Shown here: in pieces, positions 1 through 9,720 of the stretch
How positions within the stretch are numbered: the first letter of the stretch is position 1
Layout: every line of letters begins with the position of its first letter
Assembly: GCA_016934595.1 (NCBI GenBank)
Contig: JAFGSM010000265.1
Span: forward strand, 1 to 54,432
From: a bacterium
Lineage (GTDB): Bacteria; SZUA-182; DTGQ01; JAFGSM01
Direction: 5' to 3'
Length of the DNA stretch: 54,432 bases
The notes under the pieces: model-generated
What the model saw: the letters and a program-made list of their open reading frames with translations, nothing else
Database searches by the model: none
Told to the model about the DNA's origin: nothing
Position numbers and translations under genes: made by a program

Positions 1-106
1 ATAAGTTTAATATTATAAATTTGGTATATATTTTAGCGATATAATCTTGCTTTTTCATCATCAAAATTACTTTTTACGAGGCCATCATCCTTCATCCCTG
101 AAATTT

Positions 107-559
107 CTAAAAGTTCATCACTATGTCATTGCCGCCGCCCAATGCCCCGTCAGGGCCTGGGCTGGTGATGGTTCTCGCATTCGGATCATAGGAGTAAAGA
201 TTTCCCCATGCATCATAACGTACATCCGCAGATTCGGCATTCATATAGGGGCCGTTCCATCCCCTTTTTTTCCATTTGTTCCAGTTGTCAACACCATCCG
301 GTTTTGTTATAAGATCATTCAGGCATTCCGGGGGTTGCCCTACATCCGCTTCATAACCCTGAAATATGAAAACGCCATCGGAGTTAAGCTCGGGATCGCC
401 GATTATAGCCTTTTTCAGATTTTTCATCTCCTCCTTTGTGGTCGACATCCTTGCGGCGTCTTTTGCGCCGTTAAAATTGGGGATCGCCGCTGAAAAGAGT
501 ATGCCTATGATGATAATAGCCAGGACAACGCTTATCAACGTGAATCCGTTATCCCGCAT
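107..559 (-). CDS. GspG-like pseudopilin (T2SS/T4P family) lacking the usual E5
   Basis: Prepilin-like G|FTLISVVLAIIIIGIL; C-terminal WNGPY...DAWG..Y.Y...SPGPDG..G..NDI motifs typical of the T2SSG domain. Confidence 0.85.
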   Translation of the reverse strand: MRDNGFTLISVVLAIIIIGILFSAAIPNFNGAKDAARMSTTKEEMKNLKKAIIGDPELNSDGVFIFQGYEADVGQPPECLNDLITKPDGVDNWNKWKKRGWNGPYMNAESADVRYDAWGNLYSYDPNARTITSPGPDGALGGGNDIVMNF

Positions 560-1783
560 TTAAAATCCCTTCTTTAATGCCCCGACCGACTTAAATACCG
601 GCATATAGAGGGCAAGGGCGACAAAGCCGATGAGCAGTCCTACAAAGGCAAGGATGAAAGGCTCGGCCATAGAGCTGACATGTTTGAGCGATTCGTTTAT
701 CCTCTCGTCGTAGGAATCAGCAAGCTGATGAAACATGCTGGCCAGGTTTCCGCCCTCTTCGCCCACCTTTGCCATTTGCGCCACTATGCTTGGAAAGCAT
801 TTGTATTGTTTAAGTGAGGTTGAGAGGTTCTCGCCATATTCCACCTGATTTTTGATGGTCCTTATCACCTCGGTATAAAAGAAGTTGCCAACGCTTTTGG
901 CGGTGATTTCAAGGGCAGGGACCATAAGGACGCCGCTTTCGATAAGTGTCGCCAATACCCTTATGAACCTTGAGACGATGATATTTCTTATCAGGAGACC
1001 CATCCCAGGAATCTTGATCTTCGCGTGATCCCAGAGTATTTTGCCTGAAGGGGTCTTTAAAAAGACCTTAACGCTGACAATAAGGCCTGATATCATAATC
1101 AGCCCGTATTTCCATTTCCTTTTCGATGAATCGACGATAAAGATAAGCAGTCTCGTCGGCCCCGGCAGTTGTGACCCGACGGTTTCATAAAGCTCTGCGA
1201 ATTTGGGCACTGTAAAGACAGAGATAAAGAATGCCGCCGCTGTGGCAATAAAGAGGATGACCAGCGGATAGATCATTGCGCCTGTAAGGCTGCCTTTCAC
1301 CCTTTCGGAGCGTTCCATGTATTCGCCCAATTGCTTCAGAACCTTGACCTGATTTCCGGATTCCTCGCCGACGGATATCATGTTTATGATCATCTCATTA
1401 AAGGCCGCAGGATATGTGGATAGCGCCTGGGACAGGGATGCCCCCTCTTCTATTTTTTTATCGATCTCTGTGGTTATCTGCCTTACAGCCTTTGTTCTGC
1501 CTTCCTCTGCCAGTATCTTCAAGGCGCTTCTTAATGTTAGCCCCGAGGATAACAAGCTGCCTAATCCCTTTATGAAGTAATTGGCGTCCTTGCGTTTTAT
1601 CCTTGTCTTAAAGAATTCAGGTTCAGCAGAGCGTTTTTCCTTTCTTGCGGCCTTCTTTACCTCTGTGACAAGGTAGCCCTCCTTGGAGAGTTTCTTGAAT
1701 ACGTCTTCTTTTTTCTCTGCGGTCAGCACCCCGCTGAAAATACGGCCCTCTTTATCCCTTACCTTATAAGTATACTGCGGCAT
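560..1783 (-). CDS. gspF: Type II secretion/type IV pilus inner-membrane platform protein (GspF/PilC)
   Basis: Two GspF repeats (LSSGLTL...EGASLSQAL...GEESG; IESGV...GEEGG), MIYP and EP..L transmembrane signatures, 407 aa. Confidence 0.93.
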   Translation of the reverse strand: MPQYTYKVRDKEGRIFSGVLTAEKKEDVFKKLSKEGYLVTEVKKAARKEKRSAEPEFFKTRIKRKDANYFIKGLGSLLSSGLTLRSALKILAEEGRTKAVRQITTEIDKKIEEGASLSQALSTYPAAFNEMIINMISVGEESGNQVKVLKQLGEYMERSERVKGSLTGAMIYPLVILFIATAAAFFISVFTVPKFAELYETVGSQLPGPTRLLIFIVDSSKRKWKYGLIMISGLIVSVKVFLKTPSGKILWDHAKIKIPGMGLLIRNIIVSRFIRVLATLIESGVLMVPALEITAKSVGNFFYTEVIRTIKNQVEYGENLSTSLKQYKCFPSIVAQMAKVGEEGGNLASMFHQLADSYDERINESLKHVSSMAEPFILAFVGLLIGFVALALYMPVFKSVGALKKGF

Positions 1784-1820
1784 GATTTATCACCTTCTCT
1801 TTTTTGATGTGTCTGTAGTT

Positions 1821-2315
1821 TTACGTCTTCCATTTCGGATATATCCTGAAGCTTACGATTATATCGTCTTTTGTGCCCGCCTTTTTATCAGGTCCGGCAC
1901 AGATAATCCTCCTTTTTTCAATATCGTATATATACGGGCTTCCCCAGATATCAGTAAACCTTGTGTTTCCCTTGACATAAGGGCCATTCCATATTTTTGC
2001 CCCTGCAGGTTTCTCCAGGAGTTCCTCCAATTTTTTGGGGTGCATCCCCACATCCTGTTCATATAAAAAAATGGCGTTTTCAAGGATCAGCAATTCCTTG
2101 TTTGTGTTTCTTACTGGATCAATCTTTTTGATTTCAAAATCAGACCCGTTTGATGCGGGGTTTATATTACGGTGCATCATGGCCCCAGGCAGATTGAGGA
2201 TAGGGGCGAAGAGGCTCACTGCGACAAACATGACAATGAATCCTCCAAAAAGCACGCCTGCAATCATCAGGGATTTTTGAATGTTCCCCCTGCCTTGATT
2301 AATGAGCCCTTTCAT
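1821..2315 (-). CDS. GspG-domain pilin-like protein with atypical leader
   Basis: YEQDVGMHP..LEEL...WNGPY...DIWGSPYIY...AGPDKKAGTKDDI; N-terminal hydrophobic helix but no G|FxxxE. Confidence 0.75.
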   Translation of the reverse strand: MKGLINQGRGNIQKSLMIAGVLFGGFIVMFVAVSLFAPILNLPGAMMHRNINPASNGSDFEIKKIDPVRNTNKELLILENAIFLYEQDVGMHPKKLEELLEKPAGAKIWNGPYVKGNTRFTDIWGSPYIYDIEKRRIICAGPDKKAGTKDDIIVSFRIYPKWKT

Positions 2316-3156
2316 TGGTTTGAATCCCCGCTATTTCTAAATATTCTTCCAATACTTTAAAATTATCCTTTGCCATCAAGATGTTGGGATCCAGTTCTAT
2401 AGCCTTTTTATAATGGATCAATGCCTCTTCTATCTGATGGTTTAGAAAAAATGCATTCCCTATATTGAAATATACAGAAGCCTCATTGGAAGATGTGTCG
2501 ATCAACTGGGTATATTTCTTTATCACCTCTTCTATATCGTACTTATTGATTTCCTTGTTAATATCATTGATATCCTTATCGACGGCTGTTTTTACCTCTG
2601 GACTTTGAACGGTCTTCGGGGTCTGTTCCATAGATACGCCCTGCCTTGGCGCCCCTTTTTTCCTGCTTGCAGCCGTCTTTTTCTTTGTCTTTTTTCCCTT
2701 CCCATCCTGGGTTTTAAAAAAGGGCAGGGTGATATTTTTTGAGGCGACACCCCAGGAGGCTGCCCCTCCAGCCAGGAGAATAGCTATGATAACGAGGGAC
2801 ATGACCCTCAGTCTTTTGGCGGGCATTTTCGGTATGGCCTTTTTTTTGTCTTCCTTCTTCCCTGTGTCCCCTTTTGTTTTTTTAAGAGACAGTTTTGAAA
2901 AATGTTTAATAGGCAGTTTTGAAAAATTAAGATGAAATTTGCCAAGAAGTCCCCTTGACTTGCTGGTTTTTTTCGCCCTATCAATGGGCTCAACCGCAGG
3001 AGTGTCATCCTTCCGGATGTTGAGGCTGTCCGGCTTGTCATGGCCGGCGCTGTCTGAAATGGCATTGTCCGGAAAGATTGACAGGTCATCTTCGCATTGA
3101 GGGCTCCCGTTCTCTTTTGGTGCGGGATAATCCTCTTTGATTTCTTTATCCGGCAT
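2299..3156 (-). CDS. Bitopic membrane protein with Lys-rich linkers and C-terminal TPR
   Basis: TM VMSLVIIAILLAGGAASW; TPR VYFNIGNAFFLNHQIEEALIHYKKAIELDP. Confidence 0.75.
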   Translation of the reverse strand: MPDKEIKEDYPAPKENGSPQCEDDLSIFPDNAISDSAGHDKPDSLNIRKDDTPAVEPIDRAKKTSKSRGLLGKFHLNFSKLPIKHFSKLSLKKTKGDTGKKEDKKKAIPKMPAKRLRVMSLVIIAILLAGGAASWGVASKNITLPFFKTQDGKGKKTKKKTAASRKKGAPRQGVSMEQTPKTVQSPEVKTAVDKDINDINKEINKYDIEEVIKKYTQLIDTSSNEASVYFNIGNAFFLNHQIEEALIHYKKAIELDPNILMAKDNFKVLEEYLEIAGIQTNERAH

Positions 3157-3214
3157 ATTTAATTTCGCCTCCGTTTTCTAAATCCTTATCGGCTATAATA
3201 CCTGAAATATATCA

Positions 3215-3712
3215 TCAGTTTTTTATTACAGGGACGCTGGCCTTGACGATATCATCGCCATAACAGATTATCTCTCTGGTTGTATGATCCACCCTGTATC
3301 CTGTGGAATTAGGGTCTGACGCTGCCTGATCGGGGCCGATAGACCATATTACCCAGTTATGCCCCTTCTCATCCCTGTAATAACCGTAGGAATCCCCCTT
3401 TAACTCTCCGAACGGATCGGCCAGTTTTTGCTGGAGGAGCCTGGGGGATGCCTCTATCAAATCGTCCTGCCATATCCTGAAGCTCTCTTCCTCTGTTGAA
3501 TAAGGAAAATCGAATTCGCTGTTTCCAGGATACCTTTTATATCTTTGATTATACGACTCGATCGCTGTCGTTAATGTCCTGAAATCCGCCTCGACCCTTG
3601 AAAGCCTTCCCTGGTCCACCATCCCCCTCAAGGTAGGAACCCCCATGGAGAAGATAGTCCCCATGATCACCATAATGGAGACCATTTCGACATGATCAAT
3701 ACCGCTTCCCAT
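3215..3712 (-). CDS. Pilin/pseudopilin-like protein with degenerate N-methylation motif
   Basis: G|IDHVEMVSIMVIMGTIFSMGVP; AIESY...RYP; DPFG...YGYY...IWSIGPD...DDI. Confidence 0.75.
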   Translation of the reverse strand: MGSGIDHVEMVSIMVIMGTIFSMGVPTLRGMVDQGRLSRVEADFRTLTTAIESYNQRYKRYPGNSEFDFPYSTEEESFRIWQDDLIEASPRLLQQKLADPFGELKGDSYGYYRDEKGHNWVIWSIGPDQAASDPNSTGYRVDHTTREIICYGDDIVKASVPVIKN

Positions 3713-3733
3713 AATATTTTACCTCAAAAAGGG

Positions 3734-5212
3734 CTAAATGGTTTTTGCCATGGCCAAAGGCTCTTCTTCGAGCTCTTTTTTATATTCCTTGTTTCCTGGC
3801 GCATATTCCTTATATCCGTCTTCAAGATCATATTTCTCTATCCTGTAGCATATCTGATCGCGGGTCATTCCAAGAAGCCTTGCAGCATGCGTCCTGTTGC
3901 TCGAGCACAAATCAAGCGCCTGCTTCACAAGGTCCTTTTCAAGGGCGTAAAAGTCTATCCCCTCTGGGGGGAGTGCGCACATGCGCTGTTTTCTTAACAA
4001 ACACTTATCATCACGAAGATCCAATGGCAGGTCCTCAATGACTATCTCTTTCTTATTGCCTAAAAGCATTGCCCTCTCGATGCAGTTGCGAAGCTCCCTG
4101 ATATTTCCAGGCCAGTTGTATTGCATCAGGACATTAAGGGCGGACCTGGATATGGATTTTACATCCTTCCTGAATTTTTTGTTAAATTCCTCTATCAACA
4201 TGTCTGCCAGTATAGGTATTTCCTCTTTTCTTTCCCTTAATGGCGCCAGATTCAGGTTTATTATATTAAGCCTGTAGTAGAGATCCTCCCTGAACCTTTT
4301 TTCCTGAATGGCCGGTTTTAGTTCCTGGTTGGTGGCGGCTATGACCCTGACATCGACATTTATGTCCTTTAGCCCTCCCACCCTTTTGAACGACCGTTCC
4401 TCCAGGAAATACAATATCTTGGCCTGGAGGGTTAGCGGCATATCTCCAACCTCGTCAAGGAATAATGTCCCTCCGTCCGCAAGCTCAAGCAGTCCCTTTT
4501 TGCTGTTTTTCGCATCTGTGAACGCACCCTTTTCATATCCCATAAGCTCGCTTTCAAGTAGGGTTTCAGGGACTGAAGAGCAGATGATCTGCATAAAAGG
4601 GCCGCTTGCCCTGTCGCTGTTCTCATGGATCATCCTTGCAAGCAGGCTCTTACCCGTGCCGCTTTCTCCTGTGATGAGAATTGTTGATGCCCCTGTTTTT
4701 GCTATTTTTGCCACTGTATCAAAGACATCCTGCATGCACCTGCTTTTTCCCACCATCCTTGTTTCCCCGTATTCATGCTGAAGTTTTTCCTTAAGCTCCT
4801 TTATCTCGCGTCTTAATTTTGTGGTTTCCAGGGCGTTATTTATTGTTATGACAAGCTTGTCGAAATTTACGGGCTTTTTAAAATAGTCATATGCCCCGAC
4901 CTTCATGAAATCCACGGCGCTGTCCACGCTGCCGTATGCGGTGATAATGATGACGAGCAGATCAGGATATTCCTCCTTTGTATGTCTCAGAATATCCATT
5001 CCGTCCATATCCGGGAGGCATTGATCGAGCATGATCAGATCAAAGGATTCATCCTTCAGAAGATTCATGGCGGATTTGCCGTCTTCGGCGCCCTTAACGT
5101 CGTATCCCTCCCTTTTCAAGCGCTCCGTTAATGACCATCTCAAGGATTTTTCATCATCAACGATCATGATCCTTTCAGAGTGCATTTTCTGCCCCTTTTC
5201 TATAGAATCCAT
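3734..5212 (-). CDS. Sigma54-dependent NtrC-family response regulator (REC-AAA+-Fis HTH)
   Basis: REC IVDDE/LDQCLP/KKP; GESGTGKS; ESELMGYEKGAFTDA; LFLDEV; FREDLYYRL; WPGNIREL; HTH. Confidence 0.96.
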   Translation of the reverse strand: MDSIEKGQKMHSERIMIVDDEKSLRWSLTERLKREGYDVKGAEDGKSAMNLLKDESFDLIMLDQCLPDMDGMDILRHTKEEYPDLLVIIITAYGSVDSAVDFMKVGAYDYFKKPVNFDKLVITINNALETTKLRREIKELKEKLQHEYGETRMVGKSRCMQDVFDTVAKIAKTGASTILITGESGTGKSLLARMIHENSDRASGPFMQIICSSVPETLLESELMGYEKGAFTDAKNSKKGLLELADGGTLFLDEVGDMPLTLQAKILYFLEERSFKRVGGLKDINVDVRVIAATNQELKPAIQEKRFREDLYYRLNIINLNLAPLRERKEEIPILADMLIEEFNKKFRKDVKSISRSALNVLMQYNWPGNIRELRNCIERAMLLGNKKEIVIEDLPLDLRDDKCLLRKQRMCALPPEGIDFYALEKDLVKQALDLCSSNRTHAARLLGMTRDQICYRIEKYDLEDGYKEYAPGNKEYKKELEEEPLAMAKTI

Positions 5213-5230
5213 TCATTTTTAAGCATCCCC

Positions 5231-6637
5231 TTAACACAGTATATTTTCCCCCTTCATGAGTTTGGGCAGGCTGACAATAAATGTCGTCCCTTTCCCTGGT
5301 TCGCTTTCCACGCTTATCTCACCCTGATGCGCCTCTATGACCCTTTTTGTAACGGAAAGTCCTATGCCCGTGCCCGAGCGTTTCGTAGTAAAGAAAGGGC
5401 TAAATATCTTCTTCATATTGTCCCTGGATATCCCCTTGCCTGTATCCTTTATGTTTATAAAGATATTTTTTCCCTTCTGGGATGAGCTTATGGTCAGGAT
5501 ACCTTCCACTTCATCCATGGCATGAAAGCCGTTTATCATGAGATTAGTAAATGCCTTCCCCAAAAGCCTGGGATCGATCATCACCATAGGGATTGACCCA
5601 TCCATGTCCTTGATGACTCTTATATTGTTTTTGCCTGCGCCGTGTTGAACTATCGAAATGCTTTCCTCAAGCAGGGAGTTGATATCGTAGTTTATAAGCT
5701 CGGGACGAGGCCTCCTTACACAACGAAGAAGGTCATCCACGATCTTGTCCATTCTGCCGATCTGAACCCTGATCTCCCTGATGATCTCCCTCTGTTCGGT
5801 TTCAAGGTCTTGTTCCAGCATTCCGCTCAGGTTGTCTATGCCTGCCAGGGGGTTTCTGATCTCATGGGCAAGGCCTGCAGCAAGCTCCCCTATTGAGGCC
5901 AGATTCTCGCTTTCCTTAAGCTTTGATTCCAGCCTGGTTTTTTCTGTCACGTCCCTCATTATCGATGAATAGCCTGTTATCTTTCCGTCTTTATCCCTTA
6001 TTGCGGTTCTTGTGAGGTTTACCATTATGATTTTTCCGTACTTTGTCATCCTCTCGGTCTGGTAGTCTTTGACGAATCCATTTACATAGACCTCATGAAA
6101 GAGGTTTGTCAATTCCCCTTCTTTTCTCTGCCTTTCAGGAACCATTGTATGAATCGGCTTGCCGATCATTTCATCAGCCATATAGCCGAATATCTCTTCC
6201 GCCCCTTTGTTCCACAAACGAATTATTCCGTTGTTGTCGAAGCTTACGATGGCATCGGCTGAGCTTTCAATGATGGCGGAGAAATATTTTTCAGCGCTTT
6301 CCGTCTTTTCCCTATAGATTTTTGTCGCTGTGATGACAAGGCATAAGGCAATGCCTGACACCAGCATGACCGTCGCTATGGTCGTTATCGCAAACAGATA
6401 GTGCATAGTCGCCCTGTCTGATGCCTTAAAATAAACACTCTCCGTGTATTGCCAGATGGAATAAACTACCCACATGACAGGGATGCTCCAAAGGGTCAAC
6501 CGGACTATAGGGGATACCTTTTTCTCCCTTTCATAGACCGATTTGAGGCCTTCCTTGCCTTTCGTTATTATATCGGAGCCGGGCGAAAACCTTTTTCCAA
6601 AAATCTGGTCTATCTTCCAACAGTTTCCGTTCATCAA
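5231..6637 (-). CDS. Membrane PAS-domain sensor histidine kinase
   Basis: 2 TM, PAS (WNKGAEEIFGY), H-box LAHEIRNPL, DTGKGI, FFTTK, GTGIGL. Confidence 0.95.
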   Translation of the reverse strand: MMNGNCWKIDQIFGKRFSPGSDIITKGKEGLKSVYEREKKVSPIVRLTLWSIPVMWVVYSIWQYTESVYFKASDRATMHYLFAITTIATVMLVSGIALCLVITATKIYREKTESAEKYFSAIIESSADAIVSFDNNGIIRLWNKGAEEIFGYMADEMIGKPIHTMVPERQRKEGELTNLFHEVYVNGFVKDYQTERMTKYGKIIMVNLTRTAIRDKDGKITGYSSIMRDVTEKTRLESKLKESENLASIGELAAGLAHEIRNPLAGIDNLSGMLEQDLETEQREIIREIRVQIGRMDKIVDDLLRCVRRPRPELINYDINSLLEESISIVQHGAGKNNIRVIKDMDGSIPMVMIDPRLLGKAFTNLMINGFHAMDEVEGILTISSSQKGKNIFINIKDTGKGISRDNMKKIFSPFFTTKRSGTGIGLSVTKRVIEAHQGEISVESEPGKGTTFIVSLPKLMKGENILC

Positions 6638-6762
6638 TGCCTCTTTATAAAATTATCTCTAAAGCAAAAACCCCAAAGGCTTTTCGATTATGCGAAAGAT
6701 CCGCTTAATCTTTTAAATCATGCCGCAATATTAAACTATCCTAAAATGGATAATCTTTATTA

Positions 6763-6789
6763 TTATCGGCAAATCTTTTAAATATCTTA
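6763..6789 (-). promoter_or_regulatory. Putative sigma28/FliA-type promoter for the kinase-regulator-pilin operon
   Basis: Minus strand TAAG-N15-GCCGATAA vs consensus TAAA-N15-GCCGATAA, ~125 bp upstream of 6637. Confidence 0.6.
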
Positions 6790-7147
6790 CTATGAAGATA
6801 CATTTTCATCCTCGGTAGCGAATAATTTTTGTTCATGTATTTAATCAGTTAAATCATTATGCATGAGCGCCTCCTGTTTGTACTGACGGTTTTTGAGCAT
6901 ATATAGCATATATAATAAATATAATAAATCATCATAAAAACATATAGTTACAAACTAACATCTACTCAATGGGCCTTTTTATAAGTGACGTATTTGGAAC
7001 ATACCTGCCTTTTACGTCACCTCTCTTAAATCCTTTTGCCTAATAAATAATATCATCAAAAATCAATTTTATAGCTCAAATATATTTTATTTTACAAATT
7101 ATCCTTCCCTTTTTTAAAATTAATCTTTAGCTGCATTATTAAAAAAG

Positions 7148-7162
7148 GCAAAAGATATGCCA
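7148..7162 (-). promoter_or_regulatory. Putative sigma54 -24/-12 promoter
   Basis: Minus strand TGGCAT-ATCTT-TTGC, correct GG-N10-GC spacing, pointing into the 6637 operon. Confidence 0.5.
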
Positions 7163-7316
7163 CTAAATATTTTTATTGGAAAAAGACCATATAAATGCTC
7201 ATCCTGCCCTAACCAATAATACACACTGATCATGATCTTATATTGCCATCTCGCCGATAATAATATAGATATAACTGTTTCTATCTATGGAAAGGTATAG
7301 AAGGATATAAGGGATA

Positions 7317-9689
7317 ATGAGTTTTTTCAGGGAAAAGATTAATCTTGCCTTATGTGCATGCATCATATTGGTTTTTTTTATCTTTATCTCTGCCATTTTG
7401 AAGACTTTATGCACACCAAGGATCATGGAGGATTTCGAAGAGCATAATATTCCAGGGATAATAACCATCTCAGAGATACAGGCGGAAATAGCCAAAATAA
7501 AGATATGGGTCCTGTTTTACCTTCTGCACGGGAATATTGAAGTGGGGGGAGGGGATTTAAAGGGCATCATCAATGCCGAATATGAGTATCTTAAATTAAA
7601 CGTAGTTGAGCATTTAGGCAATGAGACGCACGCCGTAATCGAAGATCAACTGGTCGGAGACAGATTGTTGAACCTGACGAACAAATTCATGCTTATCGCC
7701 AATGAGGTTATGAATCTGAAGGATAGAGGGATCGGCATAGATAAATTGAAGCAGAAGATACGAAACGACCTTCTTCCCCTTTTTTATGAATTGAATGAAT
7801 TGACAACAGAGCACAAATTTTTGCACGTCGAAGAGATAGCGTCGACGGTATCCAGTATACACAGGAAAAACAAACCTTATTTTGTATTTATAATTCTGTT
7901 GAGCCTTTTGTCTATAGCAGGGCTTGTACTGACAGGCTTTTATATAAAGGATTTTCAGAAAAAAATCCTCCTTGCCAAGGAGCAGGAGAATATCATGGCA
8001 AAGACAAAAGAGGAGGCAGAGACGGCAAGCTCCACAAAAAGTCATTATCTCAAGAAGATATCTTTTGAGGCGCGCACGGCATTGAATGCCGTTCTTGGGG
8101 TCTCGGATATGATCCTCACCAGTCATCCAAGCTGGCAGCATCGCGAATATGTGGAGATGATAAAGGGGTCATCAAACTCCCTTTTGACTTTTGTCAACAA
8201 TATCCTTAACTTCACTGAGATAGAGGTCAAGCGCATAAATATTGAAAATAACCCCTTCGATCTCAGAAAGATTCTCGAGTTATCAGCCAGCACATTGGCC
8301 TACAGGGCATACGAGAAGGGTCTTAAATTTGCCTTATGGGTAAAACAGGATGTCCCTGTATCCCTTGTTGGTGATCCTGAAAAGCTGGGCATGGTAATCT
8401 TCAATCTTGGGATCAATGCCATCAATTTTACTGAGACGGGCGAGATAGTGATTATATGCAGGACCGAAAGCCGCACCAACGAGAACGCCCAGTTGCATTT
8501 TACTGTGTCCGACACGGGCGCAGGCATCCAGCAGGAGAAACTGGACAGGATATTTTACAACCTGAATGAGCACAAGGGCACGCTAGCATACAAATACAGG
8601 GCAGAGGGACTGGGCCTTTATATCTCCAAGCAGCTTGTGGAGGCTATGGGAGGAAGAATATGGGCGGAGAGCGAGCTGAATAAGGGTTCGAATTTCCATT
8701 TTACAGCAAGGTTCATGATCGGCTCCAAGGATAATTCGGAAAGACCAGAGGCAAAACTCAAGGGATTTAGAGGCGCCAAAATACTCGTGGCCGAAAGCAA
8801 TGAGATAAACCGCAAGATTTTGATAGAGATGCTTTCTGCCTGGGGTTTCAATTGCGAAGGTGTGAACAAGGGAAAGGCCGTGATTCAGGAGATTGAAAAG
8901 GGAAGCGCGGAGGGCATGCCCTATCAGGCGCTTCTTCTGGATTCCCAGCTTCCGGACACCCCTACCTTAAAGGGGTTAAAGGAATTAAAGGAAGATGAAA
9001 AAATAAGAAGGTTTCAGATCATCCTTCTGAATTCCATCGGCTCAAGAGAGGATATGGACCGTTTCAGGGAACTGGGAGTCGCGAAGTACTTATTGAAACC
9101 TGTAAAGCAGGCAGAACTCATAGATGAGCTTTATGACGCCCTCAATAAAAAGGCCGTTTCAATTTCAACGGAAAAAGCGGAAGATCCTGAAAAACAGGAT
9201 AAAATTCCTCAGCAAGCCGGCGCATCACAAGATATTGAGGCAAAAGAGGATCAGAAGGCACAAGGATACATGATCCTTCTATGCGAAGACAATTTGGTCA
9301 ACCAGAAGATGGCTACCATGCTGCTTGATAAGTATGGGCACAAGGTCACTGTGGCAAAGAATGGAGAGGAGGGCGTTAAGCTTTTTGAGGAAATGCCCTT
9401 TGACCTTGTATTGATGGATGTTGATATGCCGGTTATGAACGGGCTGGAGGCCACTATGAAGATTCGAGAAAAGGAAAAATCCACAGGGACACATTTGCCC
9501 ATTATCGCAATGACCGCGCACGCAATGAAGGAGGACAGGCAGAAATGTCTCGAGGCAGGCATGGATGACCATATATCAAAACCCATCAAGATGTCGGATC
9601 TCCAGGACAGCATGAACAGGGTTATGCCGTCTCTGCGGAAGAAGGCGGAATATCCCGTGGCGGTTGTGGGGGATAAGAGTCCAGACTAA
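7317..9689 (+). CDS. Hybrid sensor kinase-like protein (2TM-HisKA*-HATPase-REC-REC) with H-box His replaced by Phe
   Basis: KSHYLKKISFEARTALN aligns with [17 protein letters not shown]; N box NLGINAINFT, DTGAGI, GLGL; two receivers with D and KP. Confidence 0.9.
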   Translation: MSFFREKINLALCACIILVFFIFISAILKTLCTPRIMEDFEEHNIPGIITISEIQAEIAKIKIWVLFYLLHGNIEVGGGDLKGIINAEYEYLKLNVVEHLGNETHAVIEDQLVGDRLLNLTNKFMLIANEVMNLKDRGIGIDKLKQKIRNDLLPLFYELNELTTEHKFLHVEEIASTVSSIHRKNKPYFVFIILLSLLSIAGLVLTGFYIKDFQKKILLAKEQENIMAKTKEEAETASSTKSHYLKKISFEARTALNAVLGVSDMILTSHPSWQHREYVEMIKGSSNSLLTFVNNILNFTEIEVKRINIENNPFDLRKILELSASTLAYRAYEKGLKFALWVKQDVPVSLVGDPEKLGMVIFNLGINAINFTETGEIVIICRTESRTNENAQLHFTVSDTGAGIQQEKLDRIFYNLNEHKGTLAYKYRAEGLGLYISKQLVEAMGGRIWAESELNKGSNFHFTARFMIGSKDNSERPEAKLKGFRGAKILVAESNEINRKILIEMLSAWGFNCEGVNKGKAVIQEIEKGSAEGMPYQALLLDSQLPDTPTLKGLKELKEDEKIRRFQIILLNSIGSREDMDRFRELGVAKYLLKPVKQAELIDELYDALNKKAVSISTEKAEDPEKQDKIPQQAGASQDIEAKEDQKAQGYMILLCEDNLVNQKMATMLLDKYGHKVTVAKNGEEGVKLFEEMPFDLVLMDVDMPVMNGLEATMKIREKEKSTGTHLPIIAMTAHAMKEDRQKCLEAGMDDHISKPIKMSDLQDSMNRVMPSLRKKAEYPVAVVGDKSPD

Positions 9690-9720
9690 ATACAACCCTT
9701 GCATTAAGGAGCGGTGTATA

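Noticed and set aside
4515-4540. GAFTDA instead of GAFTGA as evidence of an inactive sigma54 activator
   Set aside because: F and T are retained and this variant is common among NtrC-family proteins
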